Assembly (NCBI GenBank): GCA_950097015.1
Contig: CATNEN010000026.1
Coordinates: 1,054,001 to 1,118,000 of the forward strand
Origin: Macrostomum hystrix
Taxonomy: Eukaryota; Animalia; Platyhelminthes
DNA: 64,000 nt
Direction of reading: 5' to 3'
Part shown: one piece after another, positions 21,356-33,799 of the stretch
Position numbering within the stretch: position 1 is the stretch's first letter
How the letters are laid out: every line of letters begins with the position of its first letter
Translations under genes and position numbers: made by a program
The notes under the pieces: generated by a model
Seen by the model: the letters and a program-made list of their open reading frames with translations, nothing else
What the model was told of the DNA's origin: nothing
The model's database searches: none

Positions 21356-22213
21356 ATTTGCTGTGCCTAGTGATAGGCGGACCCTCTCTTCCTATCCCTG
21401 CAGTGTTAACCCACCCCCAATGCAAAGAGAGAGATAGACCAGCAAGGCAGGACCTTGCAATGACCTGCATCACAGACATCAAGGTAGCATTTAACGTTCT
21501 CTCAGTGCAGCTGCTTGGAGGTTAAATGGGCCAGCGCCAGCGAGTTCCATTTGTCAGAGGCAGAGTGACCAAGAAAATTAAAGGCTAATTAAAATGTGGG
21601 GGCTTCGCCCCCACACCCCCACACCCCCTCTACTCCTATCTCTGCTGTGTTAATCACCCAGCGCAAAGAGATAGGCCGGCCTCTCTTCCTATCCCTGCAG
21701 TGTTAATCCATCCCTAATGCACAGAGATAGGCCAGCCATTTCTCTTATCTCTGCAGTGCATTCGTTTCCTTCCTATCATTTTACATTGCTTTCCTATCTC
21801 CCCAGTGCTAATGCGGCAGTGTCATAAGCACAGTAATGGGCTCCTGCACAAACCCACCTGATTGGCCTGCATATCTCCACTGTGTAGGCCCCGCTCCTAT
21901 CCTTTTACACTGCTTTCCTATCTCCCCAGTGCTAATGCGGCAGTGTCATAAGCACAGTAATGGGCTCCTGCACAAACCCACCTGATTGGCCTGCATATCT
22001 CCACTGTGTAGGCCCCGCTCCTATCCTTTTACATTGCTTTCCTATCTCCCCAGTGCTAATGCGGCAGTGTCATAAGCACAGTAATGGGCTCCTGCACAAA
22101 CCCACCTGATTGGCCTGCATATCTCCACTGTGTAGGCCCCGCTCCTATCCTTTTACATTGCTTTCCTATCTCCCCAGTGCTAATGCGGCAGTGTCATAAT
22201 TCGCCCTACTACT
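21356..22213 (-). repeat. Right terminal inverted repeat (858 bp, three 124 bp units)
   Basis: Unit starts at 21813, 21937, 22061 and 22185; ends ...tcgccctactact. Confidence 0.93.
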
Positions 22214-22328
22214 CAGAAATATACAGGGGAAATCCCGCTCAAAGAAGGGATCTAATAAAAATTGAAAAATTGAATTAAAAATTGAAATAAAAAGGCATGC
22301 ATGCAGGCCACACCGAGCTGCTTTCTCT

Positions 22329-22790
22329 GGCTGAGAGCATTGGCATGCCGGCCAGTTTGTGAAGGTATTCGGTGCTCAGGTAAGAAGGCTGAGAGCATTG
22401 GCATGCCGGCCAGTTTGTGAAGGTATTCGGTGCTCAGGTAAGAAGGCTGAGAGCATTGGCATGCCGGCCAGTTTGTGAAGGTATTCGGTGCTCAGGTAAG
22501 AAGGCTGAGAGCATTGGCATGCCGGCCAGTTTGTGAAGGTATTCGGTGCTCAGGTAAGAAGGCACACCATAGCAGATGCGCAGAGCAAGGGTTTAGATCT
22601 TTTGCAGCTTGATCTGGTTGGTGACGCAGATCAGAGTCAATTAAGATTGGGGCGCCGTAGGTGAGAGCACTCTCACCGTAGGCCCTGTACAGCATCCTGA
22701 GAGTGACGCTGCTCAGTTGGGTGATCTTGGCGATGCGGCACAGGAACATGACAATGGCCCGACAACGTGTTCGCAACGTTGCCCATGTGT
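22329..22790 (-). mobile_element. Non-LTR retrotransposon RT C-terminal remnant, part of it amplified into a 58 bp x4 tandem array (22329-22563)
   Basis: Minus strand reads LRMLYRAYGESALTYGAPI...KLQKI*TLALRICYGVPSYLSTEYLHKLAG, a LINE thumb-region pattern. Confidence 0.7.
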
Positions 22791-23194
22791 TTGTTCAAGC
22801 AGAGATTGCAATCTTAGATAAGATGGAGCATGCTCCGCAGCTCTGCTTTATAAAGGACTAGACGTGTTCTCAGTACTTTTGCCATTTTGATTTGATCAAA
22901 ATGACTAGCTTACTTTTAAATCAGCTAACTAGTTGCAACTGTTGCGAAAAAGCTGCACTGAGAACCTAAAGAACCTAAAGAGCCTAAACCGAAAGGAACT
23001 AAGATAATGGTATAGCGAATACTATGGCCATGGCACTAGGTCTAGAACAGTCCGAAAGAATTGCCGTCACTTGAGGACAGGTTAAACTAGCTACATCTTT
23101 TTCTTGATGCGGCCTCCTATTTTAACTTCACAAATATTATAAATCGGCCAATAAATTGCCGATTGGCCGAAAGGGTCAAAAGGGTCGTTGTTGC

Positions 23195-24057
23195 TGTTGT
23201 GAGCTGCGTCTCACAATGACCTTGCCCCTGCGTCTCTAACCCTTCCACCCCTGCCACCTGCTCAAACCAGTTCTGGCCGGCCCCGGCTTAGGCCACCCTC
23301 CTTTTTCGTTGGTTGTCGTTCGCCCATTGGCTGCCCCATGCGCCGTCCTCGCTAGTCCAATCAGGCCTCTCGCCAAGGAGACTTCTGATTGGCTAGCCGG
23401 TCTCCTTCTCTCTCTCTCTCTTTGCTCTCAGCCTTGTGTGTTTGCCCCCCCAGCCCTGCGTGGCTTAGCCCTACCCCGTCCAGCCCTATGCCCTCGCCCC
23501 CACCCCACGCTGTTATTTATTAGCGCGCGCTGCCCGTGGCCAGCCCCGCGCCTCCCGAGTACTATTGCGAGAACGCTGCCCTCAGTTAGAGCGAACTTAA
23601 GAGTAAACGATCAATAATAAACTACGCAGCCTGAACTACAATACTTGCCATGAGTGCCACGTTCAATCCCTCCCGGTAAAAAAGCATTCACGAGTTATTT
23701 ATTTGTCCGTGCTGAAACCTTGTTCCTCTGCCCGACCTCTGCTAGTGTCAGAAGCTCATCATCATCCTTCTCCTCCAGAGTCTTCCCTCGAGTATGCGAA
23801 GTGTCGGTACGCCTCCAGACCGTCATCCACCTCTCTCTGGGGCTGTCGAGTGGCTACCCGCTCGCAGTCAAAGTATTCAGTCCGGGCTTAGCGAGTGTCG
23901 GTACGCTCCAAGTCCACCCCGTCTCTCCTCGGAGTGTCTGGACGCCTCGAGGGTCGCTGCTTCCCCTCCCTCCACCCCCGGCAAGCTTTGGGCGGTCCGT
24001 ACCCGAACCCCTACTACCGCGTTGGCGAACTGCCGATCATACCGAGGAATTACAACA
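23195..24057. mobile_element. Probable solo LTR (863 bp)
   Basis: TGTTGT...ACAACA ends; 5 bp TSD gttgc/gctgc (1 mismatch); an empty-site paralog exists at 25716-25898. Confidence 0.65.
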
Positions 24058-24199
24058 GCTGCCATCAGAAGCATTAAAAACAGACACTGCAATAATAACT
24101 TAAGCCCAAATATTTAAGAAACGTATAATTAGAATACAGTGAAATGTGGAGTTGCCACAAAATCTCTGAATCCACCATTGCTAGAGCGATGAACTCCAT

Positions 24200-24770
24200 G
24201 CTTATCTCACTGAAAGTCGCCACCAAGGATGCCGACGTGAGGCTTGCTGCGAATACAGGATGTGATACAAGCGAGGCGCGACAATGCTATGATGATGACG
24301 GGACTGCCTGTGAATGACCTGGCTGTGTTTATCCTGAGACTGGCTACAACCTATGGACGAGAAGGACGCAGGGTCGAGCAAGAGTTGGCCAGCCTGTGCG
24401 ACGAACGGTGGTAACGCAGAGGGGTCCCAACAGGACGATGCGCTTGGCAGTGTCATCTGACCTGGGTCTTGTCCACTGTACGCTGCAGCGAGGTGGTCAG
24501 ACACGAGAGAGATTTCAGCAGTTTATTTTGGAACTGGCTAACATCATACAGGCCGATGCTCCTGGCAGACGAGTTATTCTCATTTTCGATGGTCCAAATT
24601 TTCACCAAGGGATTGAGATACCTGAGCAGTTTGAGGATCTCATTCGTCTGCAAATTTTACCGGCGTACTCGCCGTTTTTGAATCCCGTGGAGATGGCGCA
24701 CAGCGCTCTTAAGATGAGATCAAGCGGCGCCTTGTAGAGCCCGCAATCGTGTGACTGAGGAAAACGTTTG
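24200..24770 (+). pseudogene. Tc1/mariner-IS630 superfamily (DDE_3) transposase remnant
   Basis: VFI(D)ETGYNLWTRR (frameshifted), VILIFDGPNFH and LPAYSPFLNPVE. Confidence 0.8.
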
Positions 24771-25715
24771 CCCACCAGGCATGACACGAGATGATTGGCG
24801 ATACATGCTGATGGATCGGCTTGGAAGAGAATCGCTGCATGTCATTACTCCGCACAAGATCGCAGGCTGGGAGCTCCACTGCACTCGAAAGTTTGCTCAG
24901 TGTATCAACATGTAACCCTTTATTTGAACGCTTATAACATTATCAAAAAATTTTGCACCGCTTGTTTTGTTGTGTTCCTGCGTATCCTTTTCCAAATATA
25001 TAGTTTCCGACAGTACATTATTTTGTAATTTCGTAAAACCACCACTTTGTTTTCAATATGGTTCTCACTTAGCGTTAAAAAATTCTCACTTTGCTTGCAA
25101 GGCGCGTGCCCAAAAAGCTGGGCTGCAGCGAGGGGTGGCCATAGACAATTGTGTTTTTGCTACTCAGTCTCAGATTGCTTGAAAAAAGTCTCACTTAGAA
25201 TGCAAAAACCAATACTTACTTGTGCAATGCTTATAAAGAAACGGATCAAAAGCCTACCCTGTACTACAAAGTTCAATGTACAAACAAACAATACCAAAAT
25301 ATAGACCTACATCTAGTCTATAGTATACCTTTTTGCGTTCTATTTGGGCTTTCTTGCGAGCCATTTGGGCAGCGCAGGCAGTGGTGAGCGAGACTGGATA
25401 GTCACTTGGCGACACCATAAAATGCCGAGAGAAGCGCCGAGAGACCAATTTTTGTAATGTCCAAAAAATCTTGTCTTTGGTTGCCATGGCAACGCTTTTC
25501 ACTTCAGTACATAGACGGCCAAGTCTTTTACATGTTTTGCAAAAAACCGCATCCAACTGGGCAAAAGCGGCAATCGTTAAAAGTTGAAAAACGTGCTTTC
25601 CTATCCCGACACGTTGGTTACATCTTATCAAGATTAGATATCGCATCCGTAATGACCAAGAGAAAGACTCGCTTACGCTCGGCTTCCTCTTGGCCATTAC
25701 TGGCTCACTCATCCC

Positions 25716-25898
25716 AACTAGCTACAGCTTTTTCTTGATGCGGCCTCCTATTTTAACTTCACAAATATTATAAATCGGCCAATAAATTAACAGATGCACA
25801 AAAGGGTCGTTGCTGCCATCAGAAGCATTAATAACAGACACTACAATAATAACTTAAGCCCAAATATTTAAGGAACGTATAATTAGAATAGTGAAATT
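25716..25898 (+). repeat. ~185 bp direct repeat of 23085-23194 joined to 24058-24140 (uninterrupted version)
   Basis: Near-identical blocks aactagctaca...aataaatt and gctgccatcagaagc...gtgaaat. Confidence 0.85.
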
Positions 25899-26764
25899 AA
25901 AGACAGGTATTGCTTCCATTTTTTTGCTGCAGAAAAATTACTACAATCAATTACAAAACAATCTAACAACTAACAAACAATCACAAAACGGTATTAAGGA
26001 TGGAGAATTATATCCTAACCTCCAACTAATGATAATAATAACCACACAAATAGATAGACTGCTTCCTCTCGCATCCTTACTTTAATTCGATATGTAGCAA
26101 GTCAAGTTAACCAATTAATGATCCCGGGATGGGGGATTTTGAATCATAGGAATCCGGGGAAAAGGATTCTATGTTTGGGAAACATAAATTAAATTGCGGA
26201 ACCTTATCAATATATCATTAGCTCCATCACCAATTACTACTAAACAGAGAAATAAAACATGGGAATACAGGAACTGGGTCGCGGGGATCGCAATTACAAA
26301 CTAGATACGCGCACGCGCGGGGGTTCGAAAGGTCGACTGACAATGGGGCACTTCTGCTTCTTCAGCATGCATTACCGATTATTTTAGATTTCAAATGAAA
26401 ACAGAAAAAAGACAATTCCGGTTTTTCTTCCTTCGCAGACCGGAAATAAGCGATCGTAAAAACATTTCTGTCTTTAAAAACAAAACTAAATTAAGCAACG
26501 CTGTTAGCCAATGAGTATTATGACAAAATTATGAGTAAAATCGCCCACCAAACAGACTTCAGTAAAGTGTCTTCGACATTGTCCACAGTCAAGCCGACAC
26601 TCTTAGCCACAGCGTTTCTATCGCTTTTGAAATCCCAAGTGTTCGTCCCCAGTAGCGGCTTCAGGCCTTTTTCTCCTTCTGATTACCCTGCAGTGGCGGC
26701 TCGTCCCCATTAGTTGATGGCGGCTGCTGTCCTCTTTGACGACAAAAGTAGACAACGACACCGA

Positions 26765-29162
26765 TCACAATAGCCACGATGATAACAAGGGCAACAACAA
26801 AATCAATAATAATGATAGTATTGCCGCTGACGGCACTGCTCTGATTGGTGGCGGCGCTGTAGTTGTCGTTGGTTCCGGAGTCGTAGTCGTTGTTGGCGGC
26901 GCTGTAGTTGTCGTTGGTTCCGGAGTTGAAGTCGTTGTTGGCGGCGCTGTAGTTGTCGTTGGTTCCGGAGTCGTAGTCGTTGTTGGCGGCGCTGTAGTTG
27001 TCGCTGGTTCCGGAGTCGTAGTCGTTGTTGGCGGCGCTGTAGTTGTCGTTGGTTCCGGAGTCGTAGTCGTTGTTGGCGGCGCTGTAGTTGTCGCTGGTTC
27101 CGGAGTCGTAGTCGTTGTTGGCGGCGCTGTAGTTGTCGTTGGTTCCGGAGTCGTAGTCGTTGTTGGCGGCGCTGTAGTTGTCGCTGGTTCCGGAGTCGTA
27201 GTCGTTGTTGGCGGCGCTGTAGTTGTCGTTGGTTCCGGAGTCGTAGTCGTTGTTGGCGGCGCTGTAGTTGTCGTTGGTTCCGGAGTCGTAGTCGTTGTTG
27301 GCGGCGCTGTAGTTGTCGTTGGTTCCGGAGTCGTAGTCGTTGTTGGCGGCGCTGTAGTTGTCGTTGGTTCCGGAGTCGTAGTCGTTGTTGGCGGCGCTGT
27401 AGTTGTCGTTGGTTCCGGAGTCGTAGTCGTTGTTGGCGGCGCTGTAGTTGTCGTTGGTTCCGGAGTCGTAGTCGTTGTTGGCGGCGCTGTAGTTGTCGTT
27501 GGTTCCGGAGTCGTAGTCGTTGTTGGCGGCGCTGTAGTTGTCGTTGGTTCCGGAGTCGTAGTCGTTGTTGGCGGCGCTGTAGTTGTCGTTGGTTCCGGAG
27601 TCGTAGTCGTTGTTGGCGGCGCTGTAGTTGTCGTTGGTTCCGGAGTCGTAGTCGTTGTTGGCAGCGCGATGTCGCAGGTGCGGAACAGCTGCGGGTGCAG
27701 GTCGCCCTTGGTTTTAGGAATCTGGCTGAACTGGATCAGAGCTGGCATCGAATCGCTGCCTGGCACACAGGAAAAATGCACGCTGCCGTTGCTAAGCCAA
27801 TTAAGGGCTACAGGCGCTGGGTTTTTATTACAGCCGGTCAAAATCTCACGAGTCCTGAAATCGAATAATTGACATTCTAAACCATATGATATTTACAATA
27901 TCCTTTAGACTAGACTCGGGATAGAGAAGCAGCACTCACACTTTCACTTGCTTGACAATGCAGTCGTCTATCGGATCTGAGTAAAACATGACCGGGTCTT
28001 CCTCGCTGAAGGAGGATTCGTTCACAAAGTAGCCGGTCCACAGTCTGAGATTAGTCAGGGCCAGTGGCGACTCGTAAGGATACTCGTCTTTCCTGGCTTT
28101 GTCTGAGGGAAGCGCAAAGAGGTGACAAGATTGAGCCCAATTGAGCAAAAATATCCTCATTAGAAATTCAAAAAAGAAATTCGTACTTCTCTCAGAGAAT
28201 CTGCGCAGAAAGTCTAAGATATCCCGGCCAGAAGAGGCGTTTCGGACAGTGAAAAAGTTGCCGAGTAAGAGTTTTCCAACCTGATTGGATTGAGCTGGCG
28301 ACACATTCTCAGGAGTGACCAGGTAGCAGTAGTTATCGAGATCCATCATTTTCAAGTGGCAAAATTTTGGGTGCAGCACCCACGCATCCATCTGCAATCC
28401 CTTGGCATCGGAGCGGACTTGCTCATAGTCAGACTGGAATTCCAAAGTCAAGTAGTACGACCTGCAGAGTGAAGTGGGTAGTGAAGCAGCAGGGTCTCAA
28501 CTCGCATTCTCATAAGAGAGCTCAGTAAGAAGCTGCAGTGCTACTCACGAGTCCCACAAGTTGAATATTTGCTGCCTGAACGGCAAGAATTGGAAACTGC
28601 GTGACACGGACGATTCACTGCACCAGTACTCCTTCCGCCAAGCAGCTGAAATGTGTGCAGTCGGCTGATAGCAGCTGTTGTGAATACTCAATAATAATTA
28701 AACAGAGATGTTCGCAATATTTATAGAGTAACGAAATTACACTCGTAAAGCCAAAACGAAAGCACCACATTTTCCTTAATAAAAAGCCACACAATGCCGG
28801 CTTGTACTTCCACATTAGAGTTTAATTTCGTCGGCTTTCGATGCAAATTAACTCTGTGACTCGGAGTTTTAGTTGAATTACTATAAATGATTTCTCCTTG
28901 ATAGAAGTGTTGAATTGTCGAGGGTTGAGAGGAAACTTAGAGGAAACTTTTGTCTTAAGCCAAGCCACTCACTCTCGTTGTACTTATGCCAGAAGCTGAA
29001 CACGTCGGTTTTGTTGCAAAACGGGTCAGTATTGTTGTCAAAGTCCACCACGGGCACGTCAATGTACATCTGTCTGGGCTGGTCATAGTTGATCGCCTTT
29101 AGAACCCAGTCGCACTTCAGGTTCTTCGTATAGCCCGGATCATCTCGGACATACGTCATCAC
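26765..29162 (-). CDS. Spliced host gene, 5' end not found: CUB domain + C-type-lectin-like region + 15-aa mucin repeats + hydrophobic C-terminus (GPI/TM). Exons 29162-28973, 28645-28549, 28461-27940, 27854-26765
   Basis: All three introns are GT-AG and phase-compatible. CUB pattern PGY..NLKCDW...FC...C...LTLEFQSD. (PTTTTTPEPTTTTAP) x ~18 encoded by a 45 bp unit. Tail AILSLLLILLLPLLSSWLL. Confidence 0.8.
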
Positions 29163-29387
29163 CTGAAATAGACGCAGCTTTCTTTTATCCAGGCTCTAAG
29201 TGTGTCTTGGAGGTTGAGCAAGTCGTTTAAATAGCATTTTCTTCACACTTAGCCATCTATATAACTATTGCCAGCATTAGCTCGGATAAATACTTTTGTG
29301 GGGAGTCGCGGCCTCCTCAGTCCACGTACAGGCACACAGCCTTTGGAAGCGCAGTCTATAAATTGTCATTGGCTGCAAATCTGACCC

Positions 29388-29694
29388 AACTGGGTGCTAA
29401 TAAAACTCGCTTTACTTGGCTATTCTTAAGGCATGGCTTACGTACTCAGTACATAAGTATCCTCTAATCTAAGGATTTCTTATCTTCTGGTCGATAAAGG
29501 CCGTTTGCAACATACTACTCACCCTCTGTGGGTTGAGATCACCAATTAAGACTCTAGTGACTTTGTAAACGGACATAACGTATGCGCCTCTGGTGTCCTG
29601 CATGCAGTGCTGATCTTCAGACCTGGCAGTAGCTGAAAATGTTTAATAAATAATTAATAGCACAGATGTGAGCAGAACTCATTTCAAATAAAAT
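29388..29694 (+). repeat. ~300 bp repeat, inverted partner of 35570-35851
   Basis: Reverse-complement match, roughly 85-90% identical by eye. Confidence 0.85.
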
Positions 29695-29706
29695 TCTATT
29701 AAATCA

Positions 29707-29990
29707 GGGTTTGTAGCCTAGTGGTTTTCTCAAACTAATCGACTTGAAGGTCGGGGGTTCGACTCCGACTTCACTGGAACAACTTGTGTCCATTAGCAGG
29801 ACAACTCACTCAGCATTGCTTCAGTTCACCCAGCTGTAAAACGGGTACTGGCTGGTAATTGAGGGTAGGTGTGGCCCCCGGTCCATGGACTGAACAGCTG
29901 CATGCTGCCTTCAGATGAGCCGCGCAATAGCTACGACTGTGCTGTGTTGCACATGTAGCCCCAACGGGCAATTGTAATCAGCGAATATAA
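29707..29990 (+). mobile_element. tRNA-derived SINE
   Basis: A-box gtagcctagtggt, B-box ggttcgactcc, then a SINE core-like ttgcttcagttcacccagctgtaaaacgggtac. The 3' end is approximate. Confidence 0.6.
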
Positions 29991-30494
29991 TTAATAACCA
30001 ATATCATTATATAACCTCCACGAACAAGCCACTTCACTTACCGATCAGCAGCAGAGAAATAACGAGTAATGAGCTCAGCTTTGTAGTCATGTTAAGCTTT
30101 CAGTTCTGAAACAGAGTTCAAAAATTAGATTTATGATGTTAGGATGCAAAAGTTTGTGCCTCATAAAAGCACATCTTGTATTGCTCCTAGTAAGCCTACT
30201 TCGATATTACTTCGATACTACTACGCAACAGTAGTAATAATAAAAAAACCACCTATCCATCCATCCATCCACCTTTACTAAATCTCTAATTAGTAAATGT
30301 AAGTGATACTAGTAAGAAATAATTCATCTTTAGCAGAAAACCAATGCCCCCAATAGCAGAGAACCAACAATGCCCCTCTTAAGAATAGAACCAATGTCCC
30401 CTTAAGCAAGGTTCGCCCCCATTTCAGCGAAGAACAATTCATAAATCGTCCTGCTTGCCATTTAAATGTTAGCTGCTTCAGGGCAGCTGTTATC

Positions 30495-30827
30495 TTATTT
30501 TCCATGTTTCTTGTCGATGTAGTTTGCCAGTGCTTCAGAGGTTTCCCTGTCGTCTTGTGCCGCCAATATGTGGTTAGATTTTTCTTCTGCTGTTAGGGAC
30601 GTGAAATTAGGAGTTTCACGCCCTGAAATTTTCTTATCGAAATTCGAACGTGATGAGCTATAACTATTCCAACTGCACTTAAATAAGAACTGGAACTCGT
30701 TTTCCACTTCAATTTTGCACTTACTACATAATATATTCTCATAAGGAACTTTCTGTCTGGCAGCTCGCAATGTTTCGCAAGCTAGCTTGTGGTTTCCTAG
30801 TCTAAACGAGGATAGAGTACGACTCAA
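30495..30827 (-). mobile_element. LINE ORF2 3' remnant (C-terminal zinc-finger region, CR1/L2-group-like)
   Basis: FRLGNHKLACET...LCSKC...ENEFQFLFKC pattern. Confidence 0.7.
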
Positions 30828-33799
30828 CTCCGGGTAACATTTCTTTTACATATTATTCGGCTGAATAATATAGCTAAAAATAATAAGAGATAAGAGTTGG
30901 GTCTGCTAATAGCTTAAAAATGATGGAGTCCGGGCGGGTCCTCGCTGGCTGCGATCTAGTGTCACTAAATGAAACCATGAAAATAGTTTTGATGTGTTTA
31001 TTAGCGTACTTTATGCATAACTTGAAAAAGGAGGGGAATTTATAGATCCCAAAATTCGGTTTCTGCTCCCCAGAGGGGGCTAAAATTTCTAGTCCATCCA
31101 ACCACCTATACTAAATCTCTAAAGTCTGTCTGTCTGTCTGTCGAACGACGCTCCACAGGCTGAATGTCTCAACCAAAATTGATCGTGTTTTTTTTAAACA
31201 GTCCAAATGTTACTCGCAGGACACCGTGAAATTTTTGACAATTTTTTTGCTTTGATTCGAAAGGTATTAAATATTCGAAAAACTAGTTTTCCTAATGCAT
31301 TTAATGAGAGGCCAAATAAGGTTAAATTCTTTGCTGACTGAATGGTAATTGCAATAATGATTGCATTATGATTTCTAGCGAAAAGGCTCGGCTACTCAGC
31401 TGTGTGAATAATGGAATTTTGAATAAATTTGAATTTGAATAATGGTCTTTAATATAAAAGCACTATTAAAGACTTGCATTTTTTAATTATCCTAGGCCTG
31501 TTGTAATGGTTGAAATGGATAAATGAAAACAACTCAATTAACTAGGTATTTCAAATAGTTTAAAGTCTACCTTATGAAAACTGTATATTGTACATATAGG
31601 TCTTTGATGGTTCTTAGTATGCTTCTCAGTATAGTTCTTAGTATGGTTCTTAGTATGGTTCTCAGTATATCTCTCAGTATCTTCTCACAAATGACTAACA
31701 CAATGACTTCTTTTCCTCAAACCACTTTTTTATATCTCGAACACACTTAAAGCTTCAACAATGACTTGACTTTCGGCCAACAATTTTACTCACACACTCT
31801 CTCACTCTCTTACACGCACAGCGAATTTATTTTTCTGTCTAAAAAAACTGAGGCTATATATACAAGAGTTTTTTAGCATTTGTTTAAATGGTGAATTTTC
31901 ACAAAATAATATTTGCATGGTAATCATTAAAACAAAAATATTCATTCAGTATTACTTTCAATATAGTAAAGAGTAAAACATAATGTTGTTTTTTGGCGCG
32001 TATTTAATTTTTAGATTTTTTATAAAACATATTACAACAAAAAAATGAAACATATTTAAACTAAAACTGATCATGTATTTACAACGTTACACTAAGCTAA
32101 AAATGATTTTTTCTGGTTATCTCTTCTGACGAAATAAGTGTGTATATTTCACTTTCAAATATTTCAAAAAAATTTAGATTTCCTTTTGAATTCAGGAAAA
32201 TGGTTGGATAGCTTTATTAGCAACTGCTTTTTATTTGCACTAGTAATTGCTTCCTGAGATCAATGCATAAAATAATTTCAGTTTCTACTTTGTGTATTCT
32301 TTGAAGAGTTAAAATTAATGAAACTAAATATCTAAATTTCTTACTACAAATCTTACTAATTTTTTTTAAATACTTAAATTTAAATAAATAAAAAGAATCA
32401 TACAACTAACTGGAAATATTTTTAAGGGAACTGATTTGTATATTAGCTTAGCTAGTTGAAATGTATATTCTGATTTTTAAAAAACCCTGCAAAGTGCTTT
32501 GATTGACCAGCTAAATAGCTATATTAGCACTACCTACAACATCATATTGTACATAATTGCTGTAGCGAAATAAGTAATAATTAAAAAGTACAAAATGAGA
32601 AACACAACAGTTGTAAACGTTCTGTTGGAGGTTTTAACATTTCCGTAAATTGGTAATTTCCACAAAAAAATCGAGACATAGGAACTAGTCAAATCTATAC
32701 TACAAAAGTAGGCTTGCTTTTAGTCGGTGCGCGAGAACACAAGAAAAGTTAAAAAAATGGGACTGTACCAATAGGAAGACATTATAATTTTTTATATTAA
32801 TTTCATAATTAACTAAAAGATCGCTATTTTACAACTCAGACTTTGTTTCGCGTAAGAACAAAAAGATCATTGTAAGGTTTTGTTATTCTGTAATCTGAAA
32901 TACGACAGATTTCTCGAAAAACGACAGACACTATATAGCTAGAATATAACTAGAATTATTCTTGCTATTTTTTAGTTAAACTTTTATTTGGCGATTTTCC
33001 TGAAACAATTAGTTTTATTTTTGGTGCATGTTTTTGATGCAAAAAGCATCTTTGGTGCACTAAAAAGAAAATTCAAGCCTGTCCTAAAAACTAAAATTAC
33101 ATTCACCTAGATTCGAGGTAGGCTTTCCGATGGGTTTTTTTTGAGTAGTCCATTTTTCTAGTTCATCATACTCTGTTACAATAGGGATTCAGCGACCTGT
33201 CCGCAGGCTTTAGATTTTTCTTATTTGTTAAATTCTTCATTGATTTAGTCAAATCCGTAAGTTTTTCATCTCTTTTCATTTTTAATTTGCTAGGAAAAAT
33301 TTTGACTATACCACGGACTCTTCCAGCGAAGAATTCCAGAAGAAGAATTCCAGTGAAGAACGTGCAGACGCTAGACTGGAGGGGTCAGAGTGTAAAGGGA
33401 CACGGGAGAAAATCAATAATAGAGATCAAAGGGTGGAGCTGGCAAATAACCGGGGTTAGAAAAGGAGATTACCACAAGGGTGTAAAGTGAACAGGATTGG
33501 TTCATAATAACTCGCGATTTCCCGACACTCCCCCAAAAATGGAAGCCATTTTTTATGAAATCATTTGGAAGGCATGACAGGGGTTGGGAAAGTTAATTGG
33601 GATAATTACGAGTCGCTAAACGCAATTTAACTTCAGAAGCATTTATAAGAAAAAGAGATGTAGCTCAAAAGCAGGGATGACAGTTTAAAGAGATTAATTG
33701 TAGTTTATTCGATGGAGATTATGTGAAAAATACACCAACACCAAAGGCGAAATGAATTAATACGAATACCAGTTGAACTCGGATAAGAGAGTGGATAAG

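Larger units (their letters stand above)
5423..22213. mobile_element. Polinton/Maverick (adintovirus-like) element, full length, partly decayed
   Basis: Termini AGTAGTAG...CTACTACT, long TIRs, and the canonical set pPolB, RVE integrase, major and minor capsid proteins, adenain protease and A32/FtsK ATPase. Confidence 0.97.

Noticed and set aside
5411-22225. Canonical 6 bp Polinton TSD
   Set aside because: Flanks cactaa and cagaaa do not match, nor do nearby shifted registers.
21813-22563. Regular arrays (124 bp, 58 bp) as CRISPR-like loci
   Set aside because: Head-to-tail repeats with no unique spacers, no cas genes and a eukaryotic context.
25400-25740. Possible hAT/TTF-type zinc-finger remnant (LQYIDGQVFYMFCKK)
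   Set aside because: Only a few matching residues and no further transposase motifs.
26736-27872. 378 aa Val/Gly-rich plus-strand ORF
   Set aside because: Antisense shadow of the spliced mucin exon.
29707-29780. tRNA gene
   Set aside because: A and B boxes are present but no cloverleaf could be folded; the SINE-like core follows.
31100-33300. AT-rich block with ctatactaa and (gtct)n as a non-autonomous Helitron/Helentron
   Set aside because: The 5'-like motifs are suggestive, but no convincing 3' hairpin plus CTAG end could be placed.
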